Positions 1 through 12,900 of a stretch of 64,000 bases of DNA are shown piece after piece. The stretch is from positions 311,831 to 375,830 of the forward strand of contig NMRA01000409.1 of assembly GCA_002633005.1 (NCBI GenBank). The letters are read 5' to 3'. The notes below the pieces were generated by a model, which did no database searches, had not been told where the DNA came from, and saw nothing but the letters and a program-made list of their open reading frames with translations. Positions within the stretch are counted from its first letter, which is position 1. Each line of letters begins with the position of its first letter. Source of the stretch: Phoronis australis. Taxonomy: Eukaryota > Animalia > Phoronida. The translations under genes and the position numbers were made by a program.

Positions 1-102
1 GCCCTCAAACTAGACATCCTATAAGCTGTCTTGTAAAAATTACCACATCGGAACGTGATACCAAACCATTGCTCGCTAGCCGGCTTCTGGATACAACATC
101 AA

Positions 103-500
103 GGCCCGGGGTCTAATCTTTTTACTCAAACATTTTTTGACAGTTTAATTCTATCACTTCACCTTATGGATGTTACCTGAGCTGTATGTTGGCACTCGCT
201 CTCCTTTGTAAATATGATCCTGATGATGTCTAATGAATAGAGGAAACGTTGATTGAACATGAACTTATTTATTTGTGCGGCGATCTACGGTCCGGTTTTA
301 ATTCTACCATTTTGCGAATTTGACGATTTTCTATTATTCTATGCTCGAGTACATAGCACTACATGTGGATAACTGTCTAGTCCTAGTTTGCACTTGATGA
401 CCACAGTACTAAGGCTAACCGTTCGAGTATGAACAAGAAATTTGGAGTTTTTACTCTAGATTGCAGCTCACATGTAGAAATCATTAAGTGGACTAGAAAC
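103..500 (-). mobile_element. Degenerate family-1 MITE interrupted by an insertion at about 135-295
   Basis: ggcccgg..aatctttttactc left end and internal tctattattctatgctcgagtaca match 45109-45330. Confidence 0.55.
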
Positions 501-540
501 TCATATGCATAATCAATGTTGTAGTCGAGCACACACTAAT

Positions 541-720
541 AATAAAAACAATAATTGCAGGCGGTCTGATACACGTTGTATCAGACGTGCGCAGGCCTCG
601 CGTGTGGGCCCATTGCACTGATCACCTGGAAATATTTTTATGCTTTATTGCTATATGGTTAAAACCGAGCTGAGGAGCTACAAACCTGGCTCAAGGGTTT
701 AGCAGTGTGACCTGGTGGCA
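541..720 (-). mobile_element. 5'-truncated copy of the same SINE
   Basis: Reverse complement of 21960-22133. Confidence 0.78.
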
Positions 721-1058
721 CACACTAATACTGAGACACTTGTTGCTGAACTCTATCCTGGTCTAGTATCCTTTTAAATAAGACGTGTGTGTTGGGCGAG
801 AATATTCAAGATGATGATATTCTTAGTCAAAATGTCGCCATATTTCCCAGGCGATGCACTCGTGCACATTTCTGCACAGAACTATAGGACTACCAATAGC
901 AGAATGTCAAAGAATAGCTAAGTTCCAGTTCAAACCCAAATAAATATAGGCTACATATACTGCCAGTATTTATAAATACTAAAAATTATCTCATTTCATA
1001 GGCTCACGTCCGAGAGAGAGGCTTGCTACTCCTACTGAGATAAGTTTCTTTATTTCAG

Positions 1059-1151
1059 GCTGTAGCGGTATTTTCATTGGTACACCCAACAGCGCGTTTT
1101 TTCTACGCTGGTCTCACTGGATTGAAAGTCGTCGTACAGCCGTTTATGAAG
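1059..1151 (+). CDS. ANKH: ANKH-1 exon (AVAVFSLVHPTARFFYAGLTGLKVVVQPFMK)
   Basis: tttcag acceptor, 93 bp, weak GTTCAA donor; paralogous to 32895-32987. Confidence 0.8.
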
Positions 1152-4100
1152 GTTCAACAATTTTTAATTCAGTGGTAATTGACGAAGAAATTAAGCACAA
1201 ATAACTAGCTGCACAGGTCCAGCATAAAAATGTTTTACAACATTCTCGACACCTGCGTTAGGTTCTTCATTAAGATTATGAAACATACATGAAAATCCAC
1301 CTACACAAATACTTCTGTCTGAGGCCTGTTTCATAAAAAGTGACTTCAGCCTTTCTTCCGTTGTTCTGTGTTCTTGCGGTGACGCAATATGGCACGAAAT
1401 GCTACTTCATTGTTCACTTGACGGGCCTGCGTTTATGAGATTATATTGTGTTTTTGTACGTTGCTTAAGTATAGCTGGGACCAGTTGCGTATTCCAATGC
1501 ATCCAACGTAACAAAAGTAAAGCAAATGAAACCAAGGCGCATGTGAAAGGAGGTGCTTCACTACAACTACTCAATTACTAAGAATTGAAGAGATTCCTAA
1601 AACACCTGATTTAAGAAATGTGCATTTAAAACAAACACTCAGTTTGCGGTTTGTGTCAAAGCAAGTTAGTTGCATGTGGCTAAGTGCAAACATTTAAGTG
1701 TGAGGTTTTTCGGCATTAAAGTGCTTTTAGAATCTCGGCTATGCGTTCAAAATAGGCACATGGGCCTAAATGCTCGCGTACAATGAAAAAGTTTTGCACG
1801 ATGCATGACGTCAACAGCTCGCTATAATGCGACGCCGATGTACAACCGTGATACAGCCGCTGTTGGACTCGAGACATTCTTCAATAATTTTATAAATTAA
1901 ACTAGTCTAAATATGCAAATGATGCTCGTTCATTTCACAGGCGCTCGAATTTCACCATTCCTCATGTTTATTATTATATAGAAACATAGTGACGTGTCTG
2001 GTTGGTGCATGGAACGGTTAGATTTGAAACCTGTTGTTTAGTTACTTTCTTTCTACGGTATTACCAGGGTGGAAACTCGAAAGGTCACGCTTACAGGTTA
2101 CGAGAACTCGGGATGTTTTCTGCCGTTATGTGTTGCTGTAGTTTTTCGGTAAGAATTCTACCATCGGTATTTGTAGTCTATCTACCGTACGTTTTTGAAA
2201 TAACGGTTCTATATTCGTCACAGTAGGCCTAACAATTGTTTATGTAGTCATTTCTGAGAATGATACTGCTTGTAGTGCTAACTCGTCCAAAGATTTTGGA
2301 AATAAAAATAAAATTTTCCTACCGGTCTATACAATATTATAAGGCCTGTTGTGTCCAACCATTTGTCACCATTTCAGTCTGCATTGTGTTTGCATCACAC
2401 ATAGCGATTCAATTTTCATAAAACCACCTAGTCGTCTCATTGATGGAAAACTTTTTCCTCTACTTTTGTCTGTTCCCTGCAGGTGATGCTACTGGTGTTC
2501 TACATTCCCGGTGGCACCGAGGGTATAATGACTGAGCTTATGTCGACTACAGACAAGATGGCCGCGCTATGTGTCTTGCCACTGCGGATTTTTACCTTTT
2601 TTCCGTTTTCAGGTAACTGCCCAACTAGTTTCAGGTTTTGCCGTAAAACAGCAGTCTGCATTTTCCTCCATTAGACCCTTGTGATTAAGTTTTTAAGATA
2701 CTAGTTGTATAGTTTTTGTTCGAAGGTCAAGGTCGCAAGATCACATCTAAGATGGGGCGCACTACCAATGTTTTTTATCTTGCTGCGGCTTTATCCATGG
2801 GAAGGTTTAAGTATCCAATGTAAAGTTTAGATTGACGATGAAAAGAACAGACCTTTCGGCGGGAAAGACTGACCCAAAGGACGAATGGGAAATGGAAGGA
2901 ACGGAGTAGTGAAATTAGTTCCTTGTTTTGTTGATTAGTACGCCAATAAAGCTTTCAGTGAATGACAACTCCTGAAGTGGCGCACTTAGACACATCACAA
3001 TTATACATTGTCGGGAGGTGCAGTTAGCTATCTTTTTTTCTGTGCGGGCGTACAACTTTAGTTCTGCAATGACAAAGTAAATGAAATTTCAGTGTTTGCC
3101 ACACGACAAAAGTGACTTCAGTAATAAAATCTGAGAAGGGAAATTGAAAAATGGTCCGTCATTCCCATGGCAACATTGGCCTTCCCATTTCTGATGTATT
3201 TCATGAACTTACACGGTAATAAACTACGGAAAGTTTGAATGTACACCTATAAAGTCTTACTTCACTTTAGTGAGCGTTCAGGCCTTCTTCTCAAGTTGGC
3301 TAATATCCAGGAAACTGACGGGTTATTTGGCCCCTGGGAGCTTTGTGCGGTCTTTAGCGGTCTTCGGTGCTTTATTCATATGGCCACAGGTGGGGTAAGT
3401 ATCGAATTCTCGGCTAAGTCAATATTACAATCTTCTTTTATGAAACCGACATGTCGTTGCCCTGTACCATGAAGGACCTTGAGTTTGACGATTGATCTTT
3501 ACGTCTAAATCCTGCTTAAGTGAGTGTCGTGTGTGACCAATTTGCGTAGTTCGTTCGCGCTATATAATGACAGTTGTGGTCCCATGCATGCAGTGCTCTA
3601 GTGGAGTGTAGGTGCACGTAGGCGCAGCGAACCACCTTTTGGTATTTGAACGTAGCGCCTACACACCGTAAGTTACGTTCAGTGCTCAAGGGGATACGGT
3701 GGTCTTTGGGCGCATACTTACCTCTAATTTTACCACTACAGCACTGCATGCATAAACTTGATAACCAACATTCTGAATTTTTGAAGAAAATGCATTGCTC
3801 ATTCACTTCTCTACACTGTGCAAATGCCAGACGTGTAAATGGTTTCAGTTTTAAACAATAGATGGCGGTAATAGGTATGCAATATTATTGTACGTAATGT
3901 TATCGAGCATTATCCTGAAAATTTCTTGCTTTTGAATGGTGTGGGTAATCAGGTTCAGGCATGGGGCCACGACAGATCGCATGCCGCAATTTTAATTTAA
4001 GAGCCTACTGCAAATTGCGTCATAAAAACGGTTTAGTATCTTTTAAACGACAGGATGTCTATAATTTGCGAAGGTAGAACTAAAAATCAATAGAAAATAG

Positions 4101-6429
4101 TGTAATTTTTCGTAATTCTGGTATGTTGCGCAACAACTGTGGAAGGAGAAGATTCTAAATTTCTTTGCTTGAAAAAAATGCTAAGTATAAGGGAGCAGAT
4201 GGTTGCACTCTGGATCATCCTTCACACGACATGTTAAAGAGCATCTCCGAGTCACGGAAAACTGAAAAAGGTACAGTTTAGACAGAGCAGCAAGATTGTG
4301 GGATAAGACCTACTTCAAAATGGATTCATGGGATCAAAATTCATGACCAGAATTTACAATCACTATGTCAAAGTTATGCATTTGTCATCTAACTACAAAG
4401 CATCGTCTGGAAGCTCGCACCGCCTCATCAATTAAAAAATATTCAGTGACGCACTGTTATCACTTACCCAGACTAACTGGCTCGTATAACTGTTTTTGAG
4501 GTTCGTTTTTCTTGTGGTAAAGGGTAGTACTCATTGCATTCAAGTTCACCTCCTCAACTGATCCATATCCATTTTTTTACTAATCCCTGGGTTATTTCCC
4601 GTTTCAGTGTAACTGGCGCCGCCATCGGCGCATGCGCCATGTTGAGTGGATCTGTTGTAGAGATGCTGTGCACATTGACCGGAAGTGCCATCGCCATCAG
4701 AAAGAAGGTGACTATCATAGTGAAAATGGCTATTGACCTTATACGGATGGAAGGAAACAGAAGGCTTGTGGGAAATCGCTTTCTCCAAAGCGAATTTTCC
4801 CATCACCATGGGTTGCGTTCCGCAGAACCAAGACAGTAGCCGTGCACTTACGGCAAGACGTCTTTGTTTATGGCGCGGGCATGGTGGATTTTTTTAAAAA
4901 CTGATGAATACTATCCAAGAATTCGAGGATTCCATTCCATAGCATTCAAACCTCACCGACCAATTACTTCAGTGGTCGCCACTTTCACTAGTAGATTACG
5001 CTAGTAATGTCTCACATATTCTCACAAAACAGTTGCCTTTTACTCGCGTGATTTTGTGTGGTCTTGCGTGATCCCGCTTTCCCCACGAGATCGTTGGTCT
5101 ACGGAACGTACTCTAGCTGGCAAATAGGTGGATTCCTCACTTGTCATTCCAAGCAGGCGTAGAGAACAGTGTAATGCCAATTGTAGAAGACTTAATCAGT
5201 TAGTTAAATGTGTCCGTAAAGACAAGAATTCCCTTTTTTGTGCCAACTACTTCACCATGTATTGTGATTCTAAAATATAATTGCAGTAACTTAGCGTATG
5301 ACCACCCGAGAATTTGTAATGCATACCTGAATCTCTCCTTGTCTAGAATCCCTTTCTGTAAAACTGCTAGCATATAATGGTACACCTACGTTTGTAACAA
5401 TCCCAAGTACTCGAAATTTGAATGAACAGCTTCATGCTCTGACACCCATGCAGTCACAGTCAGTCAAGGGCGAGTTATCATTGAGCTAAAAAGTTCAGTT
5501 AGTTCTGTTTGTTCTCACTGTTTTGGAAATCGGTGCCCGGTACGTATTCAATTCTTTACGTTTTCACGACGTCTAAGTATAAGAAGCTTGACCTGCAACG
5601 TGACGCTATGTATTACTTCATGTACATGTAGCTGTCCGTCTCAACACTATTTCCTAATTGCTATCAGGCGTAACTTCTTCCGACCCTCATACGGCCATAC
5701 AGGGTGTATAAGCAATATTTAGATCCACGAAGCCATTCTTTTCAAAATGACCATGATTGTCATTTCTAATACGCAAGGAAGTACCAGAATTGTTATGCTT
5801 AATTGTGGTGATGGAAAACAGTCAAACTGGGGTCAGTGACATCAACAATTTCCGAAGGCGCTGGTATTTTTGCTTTACACTGATTGTGAACTGGGTCCCG
5901 CAGCAACTTATCTCCGAATTCAGACTCGACCCAGACTGAAAGATGACTCATCAGATAATTATTCCTACAGCTGTGGTGGTAAATATAACCTACATGTGCA
6001 ATGTAGTTATGATTGGTTTTGCCAATGGGAGAACCATTATTTATATTCATTAGTGTATCTACTGGCTAAGATTTTTACGTAACAAGAATGCTTGCATGAA
6101 TTCAGGTCTTGGAATACGCCGGTAACTTGATTTTCGAATGTTTTTGGCCTCTACACAAAGAATCCATTTGTCGCTAACGCCACCTAATGCATTACAGCAT
6201 TAGAGTCGACGGTGAGACGAACAAGTCGCAGTTAGGTACCTAGGTTTTATTTCAGGTGGCTCCCGAGACGATCGCTGAAGATATGAATGACGAGTCTGCT
6301 ATCACGGTTCTTTCGCTGCCTTCATCGGTCGCGACCCCTCAGGGAAGTGAGGAGAATATCGTGTACGCGGTCAACACGAGGCGGATGTCAAGACGAATGT
6401 CGAAAATCAGTGAAATCAGGATTTGTTGA
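1059..6429 (+). CDS. ANKH: ANKH-like transporter paralog 1, 3' part (5' exons lie upstream of the window)
   Basis: Six AG/GT-bounded exons (1059-1151, 2068-2148, 2483-2612, 3271-3394, 4608-4707, 6256-6429) splice into an open frame. It includes AVAVFSLVHPTARFFYAGL, LCVLPLRIFTFFPF, WLISRKLTGYLAPGS and VTGAAIGACAMLSG, matching the C-terminal half of vertebrate ANKH (e.g. LCVVPLRIFSFFP, HGATLGVGSLLAG). Confidence 0.9.
2068..2148 (+). CDS. ANKH: ANKH-1 exon (GGNSKGHAYRLRELGMFSAVMCCCSFS)
   Basis: ccag / gtaaga boundaries, 81 bp; paralogous to 33893-33973. Confidence 0.82.
2483..2612 (+). CDS. ANKH: ANKH-1 exon (VMLLVFYIPGG...PLRIFTFFPFS)
   Basis: gcag / gtaact boundaries, 130 bp; contains the ANKH PLRIF motif. 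Confidence 0.9.
3271..3394 (+). CDS. ANKH: ANKH-1 exon (VSVQAFFSSWLISRKLTGYLAPGSFVR...)
   Basis: tttag / gtaagt boundaries, 124 bp, phases 1 and 2. Confidence 0.88.
4608..4707 (+). CDS. ANKH: ANKH-1 exon (VTGAAIGACAMLSGSVVEMLCTLTGSAIAIRKK)
   Basis: tttcag / gtgact boundaries, 100 bp. Confidence 0.88.
6256..6429 (+). CDS. ANKH: ANKH-1 last exon (acidic cytoplasmic tail ending ...KISEIRIC*)
   Basis: tttcag acceptor, phase-0 frame to TGA at 6427; paralogous to 39419-39598. Confidence 0.75.
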   Translation: MAPETIAEDMNDESAITVLSLPSSVATPQGSEENIVYAVNTRRMSRRMSKISEIRIC

Positions 6430-6972
6430 TTCCCCAACAAATTTCGGAAGTGGAGATGTCATCCGACAGCAGCAACTTCCGTGGGCGATCCGCATCCGGA
6501 CATTGTCGGAACAATTCTGAATTTGCAGCCATGTTGCGCAATCAGTTCCGCCAGAAATGCTTACGTTTAGTTGGGTTAGGTGGGCTGAAAGTATGGTATC
6601 CCACCTAAAGCCAGAGGTCTGTTATACATATCAAAAGCATCTACATGACTTATCCGCATCTCAAAGTGCCTCAAAATTAGCCCGACCTATTTTCCACCGC
6701 ATTCCGCGTGCGAATTTTGTGTCTCTCGGAGCTTTAACAACCAACTTGAACAGCCAATAAATGAGTATTATAAAGTGTATTATGTTTGTCTTTTAATGTG
6801 ATTACTTTGCTGAGGCACATTACCCAAAAGTTAAGCACAAGGTGTCACAAAATGTATCCACGCTTTAAATGACAATAACTACATTGTTTGTTGAATTAGG
6901 AAGATTATTAGACGTAAGTTTAATTTATCAAGCTAAAATAGACAATCCGAAAGTAAATATTTTTGTAACCAA

Positions 6973-6978
6973 AATAAA
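6973..6978 (+). terminator. Candidate polyadenylation signal of ANKH-1
   Basis: AATAAA about 540 bp after the stop, preserved at the paralogous site 40131-40136. A second AATAAA at 6756 is not shared with the paralog. Confidence 0.4.
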
Positions 6979-7170
6979 TGAATTCTTCTGTCAATTTAGT
7001 TGCACTATGTTGAAGTGTTTGAATTTTCAGTACATCTGTGCGATTCGTTCTGCAAGCCAAATCTTTAGTTGTTTCCTATTTCCGTGAATGCAAAGCACGT
7101 GACAGCTCATGCGCCTAAATTTACAGTATATTACCGTCGATCTATTTGAGGCTGTAACTATATAGGCCTG

Positions 7171-7571
7171 GGCCCGGTCTCTAACCTTTGTACTCGAAAC
7201 GAACTCGAAACTATTTTTGGCAATTTCTCTGCTCCTTTTGTGCGAACTTAAGATAATTGGTTATCAGATTGTGCTCGAATACATTATAGTTTATGCATAG
7301 GAGTTTCTAGTTCAAGTTTGCCCTTGAAGACCCTTATATTCGTGCTACAAATTCGAGTAAAAACTCGAAATTTCGAGTTCAAACTCGAACTTATTGCTTT
7401 AATATTGGGTTTACAAACTGTGAACTAAGGGCAATAAATTATCTACGTAAGTTATTGTGTACTCGAGCATAGAATAATAGACACTGATCTTGAGTTCGCC
7501 CAAAAGTAGAGTACAAAATGCCAAACCTAATTTCGAGTTCCATTTTGAGTAAAAAGATTGGAGACCGGGCC
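7171..7571 (+). mobile_element. 401-bp PIF/Harbinger-type MITE (family 1)
   Basis: TIR GGCCCGGTCTC...GAGACCGGGCC with TSD CTG; the paralogous site near 40310-40325 is empty. Confidence 0.85.
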
Positions 7572-9819
7572 CTGGGCTCTTAATCTGATCCGCTGGAAAT
7601 GGAACTCAATTTGAGCTCTTGACATTCGCACTGACTGCGCGTGCGTACGTTCAGGGACACTGAGACTATATTTCGCAATCCTTCCCCAAATAGTTCTATT
7701 TAGTGACACGTATAAATGGCGGTTAGAAGTGACACTATAGACCAGAGAAATGTGTTTTGAGATCAGCACAATACGAATTAAATTCTCGTCGGCTCGGTAG
7801 TCTTTTGGTAAAGATATCGAATCCTCTTTTTGAAAATGCTGTACTCGAAGGGAACCATTTTCATGGAGCGTCCATGAGAAGGATATGATTTTGTCGAGTC
7901 CTGTTCCGCAAATATCACTTTTTTCGTAAGATTAAACCTGCATTTCTCCTTGTCTCAGTGGGATAGTCTTGCTTTGGTTTTATTACGTATATATAACCTG
8001 TAAAATGACTGAAATTTTGAAAAAAGGTATCGAACAATTTGACAGATGAATGATTTTTCGATCTTTCCAAAAGTATCCATTTTGCGTATTGTTTTCCAAC
8101 CCACACTTTCGTTGTCATCATATGTTTGCTCTATATTAGGTGGCAATTTCCTGTAGACATCTAAGTTTCCAGTGTAAATATACTGTATGCATTCATAACA
8201 GAACGTTTTCGCTTGATTTGAATTAGATTTGTGACCAGTATTGTGGGGGACATTACTTAGGTAATTAACCTATTAACAGTGGAGGCCTAATCGCCGTGCG
8301 TTGGAATTTTCATCGGTCAGTCATTGCTGAAAGTTTATAGTGTTTGAGCAATGAAACTGCTTCTTCAGGAATAACGTCTTGATTGAATGATTTAGATACC
8401 TCAAATGAACAAGGCCAATCAAATCTGCCGTCGTACACGCGGATTTGCTTCACTATGCATGTACATGTACACCAACCGTTTAGGATCACGGCGCAAGCAT
8501 AAAATACGGGTTGGCTCTACTTTCCCGTTTTCCATGGCCGAATTAACACATGGGGGACAAATTTATTATCAAGTTTCTCGATAAATGACCCAGTTATCGT
8601 CGGGTACGTTTTATAACAAATATTTATACTCCATACGTCTTGATGCGTCGGCGCAATAAGCGTGTCACGTGTTCTTGCAGGAAACTAGGTTATTGTACGG
8701 AAACTGACCTATCGCAAGCTCCGCCTCCTTGCGAAAATTCACGTGACACCCGTCAAACAGCAAGATGGTCAGAGGCAAATACAGAGTCTCTAAACGTCGT
8801 TCCTGGTGGAATTGATGGGCGTTTTTTGTACTTTCCGAAAACGCTTTGACAAAGACAACAGGCGGTACTTTTCAGCTGAGAATCGTACGTTCATGACTTG
8901 GAAATTTGTAAAGCTGCGACGACGAAAAAAAGTGTTCGAGGAAAAGTATTTCGGGGCTAGCGAAACTCCGAAGAACCTCACAGGGGGTTCACAGTCACTT
9001 GAAAACTGACAAGGTCATTGACCCGATATGTTCATGCAAAGCTGTGTATTGACCTTTAAGTCGAATTATCTGTACTATCTGTACGATGCCATAGATTTCA
9101 GGATATTTCGAACAAAATCAGAGAAGATTCGCCGATATTTTTTTCTGCCGTCTGCTGAATTCCGCCAAATGAAAAGTAGATCACAACTGACTGTATTCTC
9201 CAAGTAAAGTAGGTCTAGTCGTTAGCACTGTTTATACTTTTCTGATCTTCGAGCGAAATATTTTGATTAAAAAATCACATTTTTTGTAGTTTCATTGCAT
9301 AAAAGTAGTTTGCGTTTAATTTTAAACGTAGCATGATCACTAAGCTGTGGTATGGTAACAAAAGATGACGAATCTGGTGTAGTGGAAAAAAGTGTACATT
9401 TACAAAAATAATTAAAATTGTGTTTTAAAGCTTCATTAACCCACGTATCTTTGAACAACTACAAAATGAGTTCTTCTTAACTCTACAACGTAGTGTATAC
9501 TAGAGGATCTCATCAAAAAGCAATTCAACTGTTTATTTTTTCGTAACAACAGCTCGAACGAACCTTTGAGTTCAGTAATTTAGTGCCCTCCCAGCATGTG
9601 CCAATCGAATCTATCAATTTATACAGAATTGTTGCAGTTCCTTTTTGAATATTATAACCTTTATGAAATGCGAAGACAGAAACATACTCAATTCATGCGC
9701 GCACCCAGGGGGGGGGGCTCGGGGGCTCGAGTCTTGAGGAAACGCGAGATATCACCAAGCTTTAATGCTAAAGCCCTTAAGTCCACGGGACTCAGTTAAC
9801 CTGCCGGGTCCTGCTGAAG

Positions 9820-9896
9820 TATATAGTGACCACACGATAGCCGCGTTGAGTTCCGTAGACGCAAGCATCTCCCTTGTAATACATGACGACATCTCG
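9820..9896 (+). promoter_or_regulatory. Putative TATA/Inr core promoter and 5'UTR exon 1 of ANKH-2 (second copy at 14835-14911)
   Basis: TATATAG at 9820, Inr-like TGAGTT with its A 29 bp downstream, then a perfect donor CG|GTAAGT at 9897. The matching acceptor is ttttgcag at 19449. Confidence 0.55.
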
Positions 9897-9963
9897 GTAA
9901 GTCTTGTGTGCTGTGTTTTCGCGAGACTATGGTGTCTACGGATTTCGAATGCCGTACCATTCA

Positions 9964-12900
9964 TAGTCCAGTCATTCTAGAGCTCCAGAGGGCCCAATCT
10001 AGAAAAAAGGCAACAGAAGTTTTTTCCATAAATGGCTTCTTCAAACATACCTTGGTGACAGAAAAAAGTCTACTGTGGCGGAAGTCAGTTTTTCAAGATG
10101 GTGGAAAACTTGGTCGCCAAACCCGGTGTTTACTGCTTTTTGGTATGTTGCTCTTATGCAACAGCTGGAAAGAACACAATAAAACTTGTCATTGGTTATA
10201 TACTTTTCATAACAGGCATACCAATCAAAAGATGTCAATTTTCCGTAAAATAAAACCAATATGGCCGACAAAATGACAGCCGAAACGGCAACTTGGCACT
10301 TGTTGCAAAATTTCTTTTCATATTTTACCCTGAAAATGACAAAATTTCTATACATTCATAAGATAGACAATGGAAAATATCTGGACCTTACAGTTGGTCA
10401 CTGATTGGTGAGAAAAAAAATCAAGATGGCTCACAAAATGGCCGCCAACTCACAAATAACTCCAATTTACCGTACTTTGTTTGTAACCTGAGTAGCGTTA
10501 ACACAAAAACATTTTACAATCTACAGACACGCTTAATGAATTTATTCTTTATAAAGTTTGTTTTTAAGATTTAGGTACTAAATGGGGAATTTTAATCACA
10601 TTTTAGATTATTTAACGAAGAATTTGGTGTTTTTCAGAAAAGGCTTTAGCTAAATTTTAATGAGGAATTTCACACACTCAATTCTTTTTCTGTAAAATAC
10701 AACTGTAAATTCATTGGAGGCATCAAAAATAATATTTGTTAGAAGAATATGTAATTTTGGTGGAATTATTGGCTTATTCAGTACTCAAACCCTGAATCAC
10801 ATGTGGCAGGAAGTGGCTTCCTTCTCTCTTTGGAAATATTATCAGTTGTTCCCATGCAAAAATTTCGTCAGACTCTGCTACTGACATGAGTGGAGAATTT
10901 GGCAGCGGATTTCACCTGAATTTGATGAAAAATAAATAAATTTGTGTAACTAAAAGCTAATAATTAAATGTTTAGCATTTAGTACTCACAATTGGTTTAA
11001 TATGCATGCTTTCATGAACATAGCTAACTGATTTTAGAGGAAATTAGTGCCAGCAAACCAAACTACAGTTATCTGCAGTTGGTTGTTCTTATCAAGTCTT
11101 GGCGGATTTCGTAGTGAGATGAGCTTTCTGAGATTTATTGGATGCGTAATGTCAGGCACCAGGCTTCAAGTTCTTTAGAAAGAGTATGCACCAAACAGTG
11201 TTATCCATATGATAAATTGGAAAAGTGTGGATAGAACAGTTAGGGGGCATATGTTAGTAGACTCAGCACTGAATGCTATCGTCACAGCCAGAGCATTCAA
11301 CATCCCACTTCCAAATATTGACAGATCAAGTAACGCCAATCCAGAACCAATGACGTTAGGATTTCAAGAAAGAAGTTCCGGTTCTTCAGAAATTGCAGGA
11401 GTCCCAAATGTCACCAATGCAGAACGCACAGATTCTGTGCTAAGAGGTAGAGCAATTCAATGCTTGTACACAAACGTTGGCTCGTCAGAGTACATGAAGA
11501 CAGATTCTTCAGACATCCCAACTGATCACATAACTAGAGATGTATATACTGGGACATGCAATGCACGCGCAGTGTCTTCCTATTCTGAACCTGCTTTGTC
11601 AGAAGAATCAGTGGCCACTGATATACTTGATGATGATTTAAAAGCTGGTCTGAAGCTGTATGATGATCTAATTGCTGGCATAACGTCTATGTTATGCGCT
11701 GTATGCTTGTCGGAGTGTCTTGTAAGAATCCATAAAAAACGAAGCACATACATGCAAATCAGACTTGTCTTTGGAAAGTCAAACCAGCAGTCTCTGGCTA
11801 CAGTATATGAAAATGCATTGCATCCTTCGACTTTTTCTAACAGCATAAATGGACGTCTACAGCGCCTTTATTAACGGCCACCATGCCGTAAGACAAAGTG
11901 ACAGATTCTGGACAAGCTTGTAATCTGACCTTGTAATTGAATAAACGCTCATGAAAACCATTAAATCATCAAAGGGTTTAACTAGAGTTTGCGGAATAGG
12001 AGATACGCAGTGTGCACAGTGGCTGCTTTCCTTGCTGGCATGCTCAAGTATAAATGGTACCATGCAGAGTGTGACAAACTTGAGTTGTGAAACAAGTGAG
12101 CAGCACAAAGAATGTACCCTGACAAGACAGTCGCGGGATGACAAATCATCCTCAGCTTTGTTAACTTCCTCCACAACAGAAACCCCTTTGAAAGGTATTA
12201 CAGAACATTGCGACTGTCGTAACTTCATGCACCCGCATCAATGCCGACAATGCCAGAGAAGCGGGGAAGGCAATTTTGTTGTCTATAGAGGGGTCGAGTG
12301 TGAAAGACTTCACATTCAGAAAGAAAGACAAGGCTGTGGCAATGACAAGTCCACTAGTTCATGTTGCCAATAGTGATTTTACACAAGTGGATCCACAACT
12401 GCTGTTTCAGCGATTACTGACAGCCGCAAAAGACAACAGTGAATGTTTATCAATCGACAGCGGTTCTATCTTTCACTGTTTTCAATGACCTAAAGGTGCG
12501 ACGTTTCAGTCAGTTGGTAGAGCTTATGTGGATTACGTACGCAAGTACACCCAGCTTACTGTTGCTTTTGATGGTTGTGGAGGTGGCCCATCAACTAAAG
12601 ATGTCTCCCATGTTCAAAAACTTGCTTTAATGGTGACATAGTGATTAAGTCAAAGAAGAAAGTTCACATTTTTGGTAAACAGCAAAATAAAACAAAGATT
12701 TATTCACTTCTTGTCGAAATGTTGGTTGCACACTGGTACAAGCTCAAGGTGACGCAGACGTTTTAATTGTAGAAACAGCAGTAGAGAATACAGCACTACC
12801 CTCATTTCAGACGATACAGACTTGTTGGCTCTTTTGTGTTACCATGCTACTTCACAACAATGTCCAATATTCATGATCTGACAAGAGGCATCAAAACGAG

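Noticed and set aside
6287-6608. Alternative-frame ORFs over the ANKH last exon and 3'UTR (also 39450-39764)
   Set aside because: Splice phase selects the VAPET frame, and the paralogs differ by a frameshift in these other frames.
8705-9600. Segment with no counterpart in the ANKH-2 unit; E-box and GC-box motifs and a THAP-like FLYFPK
   Set aside because: No termini or domain could be established, so it cannot be called a promoter or a transposon.
780-9730. ANKH-1 unit as a haplotype artefact of ANKH-2
   Set aside because: Intron divergence is clearly higher than in the gap-associated duplicates, many transposon insertions are private to one copy, and no gap lies at the junction.
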